DNA of 64,000 nucleotides from Candidatus Cloacimonadota bacterium (GTDB lineage: Bacteria > Cloacimonadota > Cloacimonadia > JGIOTU-2). The notes beneath the pieces were generated by a model. It was not told the origin of the DNA. It saw nothing but the letters and a program-made list of their open reading frames with translations, and searched no databases. Both the position numbers and the translations under genes were made by a program. The stretch covers positions 261,497-325,496 of the forward strand of contig JBNGBT010000001.1 of assembly GCA_049903315.1 (NCBI GenBank). Reading direction: 5' to 3'. This document shows positions 8,793 to 18,359 of the stretch, piece by piece (positions within the stretch are counted from its first letter, which is position 1; every line of letters starts with the position of its first letter).

Positions 8793-10283
8793 CTATCTCT
8801 TGTACTTCTCAACCAATTTCTGAAGCCTCTCACTCACATCATCCGGAACCATATCCCATGTAAATCTCCACACCCAATTATTTTCAACAGTGCCGGGTCG
8901 ATTCATGCGTGCTTCATGTCCCAGGCAGAGAATATCCTGTAACTGAATGATCGTCCAATTTGAAGGAGTCGAATACGCACACTCGATCATCTGCCAGCAG
9001 AAAGAATCTTTTTCATTATATTTAATATACTCGGTGAGGGTTTTGTAAATCTTGGGCTCATACTTTTTCAGATTTTCAAACCAGGTCTTCATGGTATCAT
9101 TATCATGTGTGCCGGGATACGTGATGGAATTCTCTTGAAATTCATGAGGACGCTGGTCGTGCTCCGCAAAGGAGTATTGCAGTATTTTCATTCCAGGGAA
9201 ACCAAACTCATTCCGCAGCTCATTCACACGCGGAATAATGATCCCGAGATCTTCTGCAATAATAGGAAGCTCTCCAAGATGTTTCTTGATCGTAGAAAAG
9301 AAATGTGCATCCGGTCCTTTGCCCCACTCACCTTTTTGAGCAGTTTTTGAGCCCGGCTTCACTTTCCAATAACGAATGAATCCGATAAAATGATCGATTC
9401 GTATATAATCTACAAGATCAAGCAAATGTGAAATCCGCTCACGCCACCAGAGGTAGTTATTCTGCTTCATTTTATCCCAATCATACAGAGGATTTCCCCA
9501 GAGCTGACCTTCTTTGGAGAATTCGTCGGGAGGTACTCCGGAAATCACAGTTGGATTTCCATCCTCATCAAGATAAAAAAGGTTTTGATGCACCCACACA
9601 TCTGCGCTGTCATAAGCGACAAAAATAGGTATATCTCCAACGATCTGCACATTCTTTTTATAAGCATAATCACGCAACTCATGCCACTGAGTAGAGAAAA
9701 GATACTGCACGAATTTGTAGTATCGTATCTGCTCTGCCAGTTTATTTCTGCATAAAATGAGTGCTTTTTCTTTTCTCATTCGCACATCTTTTTCCCATGT
9801 GTTCCATGAACGAAAGTCGTTTTGCTCTCGGATTGCAGCAAACAAACTAAAATCCTCGAGCCACGAAGAGTTCTCATAGCAGAAGGTGTCAAAATCTGAT
9901 AAACTTTTATGAGGTGCTCTATTCTGAAAAATCTGAAAAGCTTTTTTAAAAAGCGAATCTTTATACTCAATAACTTTATAAAAAACAACTTTGTGGTTGT
10001 CAAATCCGAGATGATCTTCGATGTATTCTGGGGTCAGATATCCATGCTCTGAGAGTTTCTCCGGGCTTATCAAATAGGGATTGCCTGCGAAAGCCGAAAT
10101 CGGGTTGTACGGCGAATTTCCGTAACCGGGATAATTGAGCGGAAGTATCTGCCAGAGTTTTTGCCCTGAAGCAGAGAGAAAATCTATGAATCTGTATGCT
10201 TCTGGTCCCATATCTCCAATACCGAATGTGCCCGGAAGAGAAGTAGGATGCAGTAAAATACCGCACGAACGTTTAAATTTCAT
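8793..10283 (-). CDS. malQ: 4-alpha-glucanotransferase (amylomaltase, GH77)
   Basis: The N-terminus 'CGILLHPTSLPGTFGIGDMGPEAYRFIDFLSASGQKLWQILPLNYPGYGNSPY' is the canonical MalQ signature. The 496-aa length fits. Confidence 0.9.
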   Translation of the reverse strand: MKFKRSCGILLHPTSLPGTFGIGDMGPEAYRFIDFLSASGQKLWQILPLNYPGYGNSPYNPISAFAGNPYLISPEKLSEHGYLTPEYIEDHLGFDNHKVVFYKVIEYKDSLFKKAFQIFQNRAPHKSLSDFDTFCYENSSWLEDFSLFAAIREQNDFRSWNTWEKDVRMRKEKALILCRNKLAEQIRYYKFVQYLFSTQWHELRDYAYKKNVQIVGDIPIFVAYDSADVWVHQNLFYLDEDGNPTVISGVPPDEFSKEGQLWGNPLYDWDKMKQNNYLWWRERISHLLDLVDYIRIDHFIGFIRYWKVKPGSKTAQKGEWGKGPDAHFFSTIKKHLGELPIIAEDLGIIIPRVNELRNEFGFPGMKILQYSFAEHDQRPHEFQENSITYPGTHDNDTMKTWFENLKKYEPKIYKTLTEYIKYNEKDSFCWQMIECAYSTPSNWTIIQLQDILCLGHEARMNRPGTVENNWVWRFTWDMVPDDVSERLQKLVEKYKR

Positions 10284-10420
10284 GGTAACCTCTTGAAATT
10301 AAGTTGGTTAGGAATTCAAAGAATGGGTATCAAATGTCAATATTTCTTTTTTATGAAAATTGACAATCATTGGCTGGATATATGCATTCGAATTACTGAT
10401 TAAAAACGGGAGCTAAAAAT

Positions 10421-11248
10421 ATGAAAAAATTACTAAGCTGTTGTATGATCTTAAGTTTGATGATTATCCTCATCTCATGCACCAATACTGATAAAAAATC
10501 TGAACAGAGTTTCTGGATCGAAAACTATTTTAAGCAGGACTGCGTAATCACGCCTTTGCCTGGTGAATCGGTTATAAAAGCCCGTGTAGATGGAGAATGG
10601 AAAGAGTTCAATCTTGTGGAATTTCCAGAGAAGTTCATGGAATGGGATGCAGGAAAAAGGATTGAAACCCTGGATAGATTCTTGCAGATGAAACCACCAG
10701 AACTTGCCGGACCACACAACGGTATCGTTGCGACATATGGATATAAACGGGATGATTCTCAATTCAAACTGAACAACGCTGTCAAAGGAATGGGATTTTT
10801 GCCGAAAGCGGAAAAACTCCCGGAACTCATCCAATTAATGAAAGATACTTCTGATTCAACATTTGTACAAAAACTGGAAGTGCTCCGCTATTTTTATACA
10901 AATGTCGATTCATTGTTTGATCTTGATAGGCAGGTTTCGCTCGAATTATATGCAACTCCCGAATTCGAAACGCAAACATTCCTCAACCAGATGACTGATC
11001 CTTCCTCAACGATTGTATTCCTGGATATACCCTCTTATAAACTGAAAACGATTGCACGTTTGCTTCATCCTGATGATCCTGATTTGACAGAATATGAGAA
11101 ACTGGTTGTGCGTTATATCAATGATGTGCACAGCTATTTTCATGGAAAATTCCCACGGGATTATCCTGCAGTAATATATTATGTTTCAGAAATTTATGAT
11201 AATTCTCCAGGCAGAAATGATGCAATGGGCAGGAGGATCGTACCGTAA
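10421..11248 (+). CDS. lipoprotein of unknown function
   Basis: Signal peptide plus lipobox 'LMIILISC|TN'. No recognisable catalytic motif. Confidence 0.6.
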   Translation: MKKLLSCCMILSLMIILISCTNTDKKSEQSFWIENYFKQDCVITPLPGESVIKARVDGEWKEFNLVEFPEKFMEWDAGKRIETLDRFLQMKPPELAGPHNGIVATYGYKRDDSQFKLNNAVKGMGFLPKAEKLPELIQLMKDTSDSTFVQKLEVLRYFYTNVDSLFDLDRQVSLELYATPEFETQTFLNQMTDPSSTIVFLDIPSYKLKTIARLLHPDDPDLTEYEKLVVRYINDVHSYFHGKFPRDYPAVIYYVSEIYDNSPGRNDAMGRRIVP

Positions 11249-11322
11249 TATCGATTTTGGATGACAAAAAAAAGAAGGTTCGATTGGCAAATCGAACCTT
11301 TGGTTTTATAAAAATAGAGTAA

Positions 11323-12591
11323 CTACTCAATCACTTTCACATAAATTTCGGTTTTCAGTTTCGTTATCCATTCATCGATCGCTTCTTGCTGTTTCTGCTG
11401 AAACACGATCTGCTCTAATTGTGGCGCTATTTCTTCATAGGTGTATGGGCGCGGCTCTGCATATCCGATATTTTTAAAGATATAATAAGTATCATCAATT
11501 TCAAGTGGTTCGGTAAATTCACCCTCTTGCAGATTCTCAATATATGCACCGATCTGGGGTATTTGTGCCAATTGGTCAATAGGATATTCATCAATGATAA
11601 CCTCTTCACCAGTTTCTTCATTCGGTGTGGAATATTGTATCGCACATTCCATGAAATCTGCGCCATTTTGCAGTTTTTGATACACTTCATCTATAAGTTC
11701 AGTGATCTTCGCTTTATCACTATCGGACATTGCTGCTTCGATAAGAATATGCCGTGCTTTTATCTCGCCGTCTCGTTTATCATCAACTCTAATAAGATGG
11801 TAGCCAAATTCCGTAAGCACTAGTTCACTGACTTCACCAACCTCGAGCGCAAAAGCAGCTTCCTCAAATTCGGGAACCATTTGTCCTCGTGAGAAATACC
11901 CGAGATCACCACCCTGGGCTGCCGAAGGACAGTCAGAATAAGTCTGCGCAAGAGTCTCAAAATCAGCGCCTTTATTCAACTCGTCCTGGATATCCTCGAT
12001 TTTTTTCAGTGCTTGATCAAGACTCTCGGTGCCTTTTGCCGGTTTAATAGATATTTCTGCGATCCTCACCATTTTGGGTCTGTTTGGAAAGCTATCCAGA
12101 TGAGTCTCGTAGTACTGTCTCTTTTCGTATTCGGAGACATCGATTTGAGAAAAAACCTCTTGCTGAAGTAGTTTATCCCGCACAACCTGTTTTGCGATTT
12201 GATCTCTATAGCGTTCTTTTAATTCATCTACAGAGAGTCCTTCCTTTTGGAGTACTTGCAGGAAATCCTGATACGTGGGAAACTGTGCAATTATATTTTG
12301 CATAACTCGTTCAAGCTGCATCTCAATCTCACCATCTGATGCAGTGATATCATCCCGTTCTGCTTTTTCCGTTATGAGTTTTTCCTCGATCAGCAAGCGC
12401 AGAATGTTCTCTTTTGTCACATTCTCTCCAAGTGCTGAGGATGCTTTCAGTTCCTGGTAATTTGACTCAATTTCTGATTTCAGAATTATCTGGTTACCAA
12501 CGATCGCAGCGATGCCGTCCACTTCTTCTGCTGAGAGGACACTACTGATGGTCAGAATAAAAATGAATAAGAGAGTGTGTAAAAATTTCAT
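11323..12591 (-). CDS. SurA-like periplasmic chaperone / parvulin-type peptidyl-prolyl isomerase
   Basis: The parvulin (PPIC) motif is 'GGDLGYFSRGQMVPEFEEAAFALEVGEVSELVLTEFGYHLIRV'. The signal peptide is MKFLHTLLFIFILTISSVLSA. Start is taken at the internal ATG at 12591 (RBS aggaaa), which removes the overlap with the next gene. Confidence 0.8.
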   Translation of the reverse strand: MKFLHTLLFIFILTISSVLSAEEVDGIAAIVGNQIILKSEIESNYQELKASSALGENVTKENILRLLIEEKLITEKAERDDITASDGEIEMQLERVMQNIIAQFPTYQDFLQVLQKEGLSVDELKERYRDQIAKQVVRDKLLQQEVFSQIDVSEYEKRQYYETHLDSFPNRPKMVRIAEISIKPAKGTESLDQALKKIEDIQDELNKGADFETLAQTYSDCPSAAQGGDLGYFSRGQMVPEFEEAAFALEVGEVSELVLTEFGYHLIRVDDKRDGEIKARHILIEAAMSDSDKAKITELIDEVYQKLQNGADFMECAIQYSTPNEETGEEVIIDEYPIDQLAQIPQIGAYIENLQEGEFTEPLEIDDTYYIFKNIGYAEPRPYTYEEIAPQLEQIVFQQKQQEAIDEWITKLKTEIYVKVIE

Positions 12592-12598
12592 ATTTTTC

Positions 12599-13389
12599 CT
12601 AATAAATCTTAACTTTGTAACTGATTTCAAGACTATCCAGGGCATTAGCTAAAAACTCTTCGCGTTTGATCTCGAGAAGTTGTATAAGAAGAGTGTCGCT
12701 TATTTCCTGGAAAGGTACAGGGGCACTTTCTTCCACAACATCAAGAAGCTGGACGATCTTAAGTTTCGCTTCATCTTCAATAATTCGGATATGCCATTTC
12801 TTCATGCCCGAAACGAACTCCCAGAATGGTGATGTGACCTCGTTTCTTGATATTGTTCTTACAAGATAATTGGACCCAAAATTTTTTGCAACGGTATAAA
12901 AAGCTTCACCTTCGTTAAAGAGTTTTATGGCAGAGTCGGCAATAGCCCAGGTTGGTACAATGAATTGCTGGATTTTGTATAACGTTCTATCTTCCAGAAA
13001 ATCATTTCTATGCAGGTTGTAGTATTCCAGAACTTCATCTCGAGACACAGAAACATCCTTGAGTTTTTTAGCAAGGACTTCATTTGCAAGAAGTGTTCTT
13101 TCCGCATATTTGATGTTGAATTTCACTTCCGGGATTTTATCCAATCCGAGTTTTTCCGCTTCCTGTGCAAGAAGGGTGATCTCTATCCAATCATTGATAA
13201 CATTATTCTTTTCTTCAGGAGTAGCTCTTAACCATTCTTCTTCTGTGAAAAGAGAGCGGAATTCGTGTTCATAGAGTTTATCATTGTTCACCTCCGCTAC
13301 AACGATGCCCTTCTTACTCTCCTCTTGATTGCATTGGAGGATCAATAAGATAAGAATCAGACACAGCAATAAACTAAAAATTTTCTTCA
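12599..13389 (-). CDS. SurA N-terminal-domain-like periplasmic chaperone
   Basis: Secreted. Helical SurA_N-like region ('ANEVLAKKL...VSRDEVLEYYNLHRNDF'). The track start at 13399 is TTG; the ATG is at 13389. Confidence 0.55.
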
Positions 13390-14717
13390 TATTTTTCAAT
13401 AATTATGTCATATTCATTGATAACATTATTGAACCAGTCCATATACTTTTGATTGGTCAGTTCAATATTAATATCATAATGAACTTCGGAAAGAGGTTGC
13501 TGAACATTGTTCACCATAAATTCACCTTTATGAGCATCATAGAAATTTTGTATCTCAGCTTCGCTGACCTGCATTGCGGGATTGATAACATTATTATAAA
13601 CCTGCTGAACGACGTAATCGTCCCAATTCGTGTCGAATTCCTGTGACTGTGCTTCCCATTGAGAGATGAAACTCATTGATGACTCATAGTTTTCATTGAG
13701 CGCGGTTCTGTAGAGGAATTCCTGGAGGGCGATCTGTGTGGTGATATCTCTATAGTCGAGAAATGCAAGATTCACCCTTTGTTCTGGGGTGAGGAAGAAG
13801 TCGAGATATTTTTTGAGCATGCCGAAGAGAAGCTGCATGTTACCTTTTGTGGCAACGACAAGTTCATCATTTGCGGCGGTTTGAGAAGCAAGCCCTTTCT
13901 CAAGATTTGTATCATTAATAATGATGTCCTCTTTGAAGGTTTCAAGATAATCATTTAAATAAGATTGCTCTTTTTCATTTTGAATTGTTGTTCCAGATTC
14001 CTCTCTTATTTCTTCAAGAGTAGGATCATCATATCGTTTGATAATGTAAAAGCCGTAGTTTGTCAGCACTGGCTCGGTAAATTCACCAATCTCCGGAACA
14101 GTACTTTCATAGGGTATGATATTCTGCAAAATTTCCAATTTGAGCAATTCTGCTTTATTGTTCGGTGTGCGATATGCCTTATCCGTATATTTTTTTTGCA
14201 GATTTTCAAAATCAGCACCATTCTGAAGTTTTTCGAACGCCTGGTAAATTTCTGTTTCTGCTTTTACCGTGTCATCCTTGACTGGTATGAAGATCGTCCT
14301 GATCTTCACATAAGGATTTTCATCAAGATATTCCAGCAGCTCGTCATCAGAAATAGTGATGTTGGTTTTTACAATATCCTCGAGCATTGTGTTGATAAGT
14401 AATTCCTTGCGGAGCTCGTTTTTTTGCCAGTCGAAATCTGTATTGAATCCTGGCTCATTAACCATTCCGGTTTTCTGTGCATATATCTGAGCAATATTAT
14501 TATTGATAAGTTGGTCGAGAATGAGAACGGCATCATTCTGAGTGAGTTCCATGTTATACATGGCGGCTGTATTTTCCACCTCAGATAAATAAATCGGTTT
14601 ATCATTTACTTTTGCAAGAAGCACATCTGTATCTTTTCGCACGAAATTATTGATTATAATGAGTGCGGCAGCGACGATAACAATGACAATGAGAATAATT
14701 TTGGTAGATTTTTTCAT
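13374..14717 (-). CDS. PpiD-like membrane-anchored periplasmic chaperone / PPIase-domain protein
   Basis: N-terminal TM anchor 'KIILIVIVIVAAALIIINNF', a SurA_N-like region, then the parvulin-like segment 'GEFTEPVLTNYGFYIIKRYDDP'. Confidence 0.6.
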   Translation of the reverse strand: MKKSTKIILIVIVIVAAALIIINNFVRKDTDVLLAKVNDKPIYLSEVENTAAMYNMELTQNDAVLILDQLINNNIAQIYAQKTGMVNEPGFNTDFDWQKNELRKELLINTMLEDIVKTNITISDDELLEYLDENPYVKIRTIFIPVKDDTVKAETEIYQAFEKLQNGADFENLQKKYTDKAYRTPNNKAELLKLEILQNIIPYESTVPEIGEFTEPVLTNYGFYIIKRYDDPTLEEIREESGTTIQNEKEQSYLNDYLETFKEDIIINDTNLEKGLASQTAANDELVVATKGNMQLLFGMLKKYLDFFLTPEQRVNLAFLDYRDITTQIALQEFLYRTALNENYESSMSFISQWEAQSQEFDTNWDDYVVQQVYNNVINPAMQVSEAEIQNFYDAHKGEFMVNNVQQPLSEVHYDINIELTNQKYMDWFNNVINEYDIIIEKYEENF

Positions 14718-14728
14718 GTAAATCCTTC

Positions 14729-17700
14729 TTATGTTTGATCAGGTTTTTTCTTACCTAATATTTTAATCATTTGAATGCAAACCTCAAAGTTCTCCTTGAA
14801 ACTGTCAATTTTATTGTGGGAGAGCTTGATCGTGATTTTTGCCCCTTTTGTCATGTTGAATTGGACGTCATGTGGCATATTTTTTATGATATCTTCGATC
14901 TTGGTTTTCGTCAGCACTGTGGAATCTACTTCTATCGTGATCTTTCTTTTTCCGATAAATAAGGAGGAGATGGAAGACTTTGCTACCCAGTACGACACAT
15001 GAAAGTAGAAAAAAACATATTGTGCAGATTGTGGGAGCGGACCAAACCGGTCGCGCATTTCTTCCTGTAAAGATTGAAAATTTGCTTCGTCATCAGCAAT
15101 ATTCAGGCGTTTATAAAAATCAAGACGTGTCGCATCATCCTCGATATAATATTCCGGCAAAGAAAAGGGGATTTCGCATTGTATTTTTGTGTGAAAGCGC
15201 TCTGTATCAAAAATGTCTTTATCCTCACCTTTTTTGATCTTCTCGATAGCTCGTTTCAGAAGCTGGTTATAGAAGTTCATACCGATCGTGTTCATGATAC
15301 CATGCTGTTTTTTGCCGAGAATATTGCCTGCACCGCGTATTTCAAGATCGCGCATTGCGATATGTAAACCCGAGCCGAGAGCTTCATGCTGTTCAATAGT
15401 TCTCAATCGTTCATCCGCAGTTTTTGTTGTCTTCTTAGGCACAATGAGATAGGCATATGCCTGGTGATCCGAACGCCCGACACGACCCCGCAATTGATAG
15501 AGTTGTGCAAGTCCGAATTTATCAGCACGGTTTATTATGATTGTATTCACGTTGGGAATATCGATGCCCGATTCAATAATTGTGGTGCACACAAGCACAT
15601 CAAATGTGTGATGATAAAAATCCATCATGACCTGCTCGAGCTCTCTTGCAGACATCTGTGCATGAGCAACACGGAAACTGACATCCTTCATAAGCGCACT
15701 GAGCTTTTCTTCCATGCCATATATTGTTTCAACTCTGTTATGAAGAAAGAAAACCTGCCCCTGCCTGTCGATCTCTCTGCGGATCGAGGAGATGATCAGC
15801 TCCTCATTGTATTCGATCACAGCAGTACGCACGGGAAGACGGTTTTCGGGAGGTACGTTCATGATCGTCATGTCCTTGACGCCTGTAAGAGCCATATTCA
15901 GCGTTCTGGGAATTGGTGTTGCAGAGAGCATGAGCACATCCACATTATGTTTGAGCGCTTTCAGCCGTTCTTTATGACGTACTCCGAAGCGCTGTTCTTC
16001 GTCGATAATAATAAGCCCGAGTTCTTTGAATTGTATATCCTTAGAAAGCAGGCGGTGTGTACCGATAATGATATCAACTTCCCCGTATTTGATCCTGTCT
16101 ATGATAACTTTCTGTTTGTTGGGCGTGACAAATCTGCTCAACATCTCGATGCGAACCGGATAGTCCTTCAGGCGTTCAGAAAACGTCACATAATGCTGCT
16201 CTGCGAGAATCGTGGTTGGGACGAGGAATGCAACCTGTTTGCTGTCCATTACTGCTTTAAATGCTGCCCGTATTGCAACTTCTGTTTTTCCAAATCCTAC
16301 ATCACCGCAGATAAGCCGTTCCATCGGGATTGCAGTTTCCATATCTGCTTTTACTTCTTCTGTGGCTTTGATCTGGTCTATTGTATCTTCGTAAATGAAA
16401 GAAGATTCCACATCTTTTTGCCACTCGGTATCATCAGAAAATGCGTAGCCAGCAGCAATTTTTCTCTGGGCATAAAGATACAGCAGTTCTGCTGCGATCT
16501 GCTCGACATCCTTTTTGAGTTTCTTCTTGGTTGTTTCCCAACGGGTGCTGTCCAGCTTATGCAACTCGGGAATGATGCCTTCCTGAGTAACAAATTTGGC
16601 AACCTGCTGAAGCTGATCAGTCGGAACATAGACCTTATCATTGTCTGCATATTGAAGCAGAAGGCAGTCCATATTTCGTTCCTGTACCGAGATATTCTCG
16701 ATACCTTGAAAAATCCCGATACCATAATCTATATGAACGATATAATCACCAGGCTTAAGGGCTTCGTAGTCGGAAAGCGCTTCTGCCTTTTTAAAATGCG
16801 CAAACCTGCGTTTTTGCCTGTATCGGTTAAAAATTTCATGATCTGTGAAAACTGCGAGCGCTGCATCTTCAAGAATAAAACCTTTCTGAAATACCCCGAC
16901 ATGGAATTGAATCCTATCCTCAAAATCAGAAAGCATTGTCTGCATTCGGTTGCTCTGGCTCAGGTTATCGGACTGGATGAAGATTGAAAAATTATTTTTC
17001 AGAAGTTGTTCAATATCAGCAGTAAGCAGTTCCAATTTGCTGTTATAGTTCATTTGAGCTTTGCACGAGAAGTCTATATACGATCTTACTTCGATAATAT
17101 CAGCTTGCGTAAGATGAAGTGTGTGGAAGTTGTTCAATTCCAGATCAGCTTGCTTTTTGAAAAGAGTGTGCGGTTCCGGGACGGGTACATTTTTTACATG
17201 TGAGATCTTTTTCTCATAATTCTCTTGAACTTCATCAAGGAGATGTGCCTGGGCACCTGCAAATTTTTCTTCATCATCCAGAGCTACAATACAATTTTCC
17301 GGAGTAAAGTAGGATAGAAACGACGATGTATTCTCAAGAAGCATTGAAATATCATGCTCGATTCCCTCATAAAAGCCGTTCTCTGCGATTCTATTCTGAA
17401 GGCGTTCGGGAATATCTGATTTTAAGTATTCCAAAGAAAGTTCGCGTATTGGTTGTGCGATTATCTCAGTAAGTTTTTCTCTCAATGAAAGCTGGGAAGA
17501 AAGGTCGAATTCTCGTATCGAAGTTATCTCATCGCCCCAGAATTCCAACCTGAGAGGATTTATATATTGCGGTGAGAAAATATCAAGAATGCCGCCGCGT
17601 TTGCTTATCTCGCCTGCCTGCGTGACTTGTGAAGTATTCTGGTAACCAGCGGATACAAGATGCGAGAGGATTGCATCGATATTATATTCTTTATTTTTTT

Positions 17701-18130
17701 CAAGTTTGAGAAGAAGTTTCCTGTATGTTTCAGAATGACTGATTGTTCGAAGAAGTTCTTTTATTGAAACAACATACATGCCGATCTTTCCCGAAGCTGC
17801 TGCCGAAAGAGTGTTGCTTCGTTCGAGCTGTACTGTTTTTCTTGGAGAGAATGGCTCATAGGGAAGTAACTCATAGCCCGAGAGGTGGAATATTTTTTCC
17901 CTTCCAAGAAGTACTTCAAGGTCGTCACAGGCATTTTGGGCAATGGAATCATTTTCCGCAACAAGAAATATAGATTTTTCAGAATTGCTGAAAACGTGAC
18001 TGAGTGCAAGTGCTTTTGCCGAGTTGTTCAAACCGGAAATACGGAATTTTTGCGCAGTATCTGCCAGTTGAAGCAATCTCGTAAATTGTCTCGATCTGTT
18101 GAGATACGTTTTTATTTTATTATAAAGCAT
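14729..18130 (-). CDS. mfd: transcription-repair coupling factor
   Basis: 1133 aa. It has the UvrB-interaction and RNAP-interaction regions and the SF2 helicase core ('GDVGFGKTEVAIRAAFKAV', 'DVLMLSATPIPRTL', 'QLYQLRGRVGRS'). Confidence 0.9.
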   Translation of the reverse strand: MLYNKIKTYLNRSRQFTRLLQLADTAQKFRISGLNNSAKALALSHVFSNSEKSIFLVAENDSIAQNACDDLEVLLGREKIFHLSGYELLPYEPFSPRKTVQLERSNTLSAAASGKIGMYVVSIKELLRTISHSETYRKLLLKLEKNKEYNIDAILSHLVSAGYQNTSQVTQAGEISKRGGILDIFSPQYINPLRLEFWGDEITSIREFDLSSQLSLREKLTEIIAQPIRELSLEYLKSDIPERLQNRIAENGFYEGIEHDISMLLENTSSFLSYFTPENCIVALDDEEKFAGAQAHLLDEVQENYEKKISHVKNVPVPEPHTLFKKQADLELNNFHTLHLTQADIIEVRSYIDFSCKAQMNYNSKLELLTADIEQLLKNNFSIFIQSDNLSQSNRMQTMLSDFEDRIQFHVGVFQKGFILEDAALAVFTDHEIFNRYRQKRRFAHFKKAEALSDYEALKPGDYIVHIDYGIGIFQGIENISVQERNMDCLLLQYADNDKVYVPTDQLQQVAKFVTQEGIIPELHKLDSTRWETTKKKLKKDVEQIAAELLYLYAQRKIAAGYAFSDDTEWQKDVESSFIYEDTIDQIKATEEVKADMETAIPMERLICGDVGFGKTEVAIRAAFKAVMDSKQVAFLVPTTILAEQHYVTFSERLKDYPVRIEMLSRFVTPNKQKVIIDRIKYGEVDIIIGTHRLLSKDIQFKELGLIIIDEEQRFGVRHKERLKALKHNVDVLMLSATPIPRTLNMALTGVKDMTIMNVPPENRLPVRTAVIEYNEELIISSIRREIDRQGQVFFLHNRVETIYGMEEKLSALMKDVSFRVAHAQMSARELEQVMMDFYHHTFDVLVCTTIIESGIDIPNVNTIIINRADKFGLAQLYQLRGRVGRSDHQAYAYLIVPKKTTKTADERLRTIEQHEALGSGLHIAMRDLEIRGAGNILGKKQHGIMNTIGMNFYNQLLKRAIEKIKKGEDKDIFDTERFHTKIQCEIPFSLPEYYIEDDATRLDFYKRLNIADDEANFQSLQEEMRDRFGPLPQSAQYVFFYFHVSYWVAKSSISSLFIGKRKITIEVDSTVLTKTKIEDIIKNMPHDVQFNMTKGAKITIKLSHNKIDSFKENFEVCIQMIKILGKKKPDQT

Positions 18131-18359
18131 GAGTGAATATTTTATATTTTAGGTTGCATTTCTGATGAACAATATTTCGGGGTGGAGTTATTTATTCGCA
18201 AGTTTTCTGATAGAATGATAAAAAAAGTGTATGAAAAGTTTGACAGAATAATGAAGGGACCTTTTTACGATTTTGGAGTTAAAATGTTAAGGATTTATAA
18301 TCATCAAAGAACAAATTTCTTTAAGACAGGAGCAGTTTATTTGTATATATAGGGGTATT

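Noticed and set aside
12592-12645. Overlap between the SurA-like gene and the upstream SurA_N-like gene
   Set aside because: It disappears when the SurA-like gene starts at the internal ATG at 12591, which has an AGGAAA RBS and gives a proper signal peptide. The overlap is therefore not a frameshift or fusion.
15386-16987. 533-codon stop-free ORF on the plus strand
   Set aside because: It lies fully antisense inside mfd, whose helicase motifs are unambiguous on the minus strand. The translated product is low-complexity and Cys/Phe-rich with no motif. This is a typical antisense shadow ORF in an AT-rich genome.
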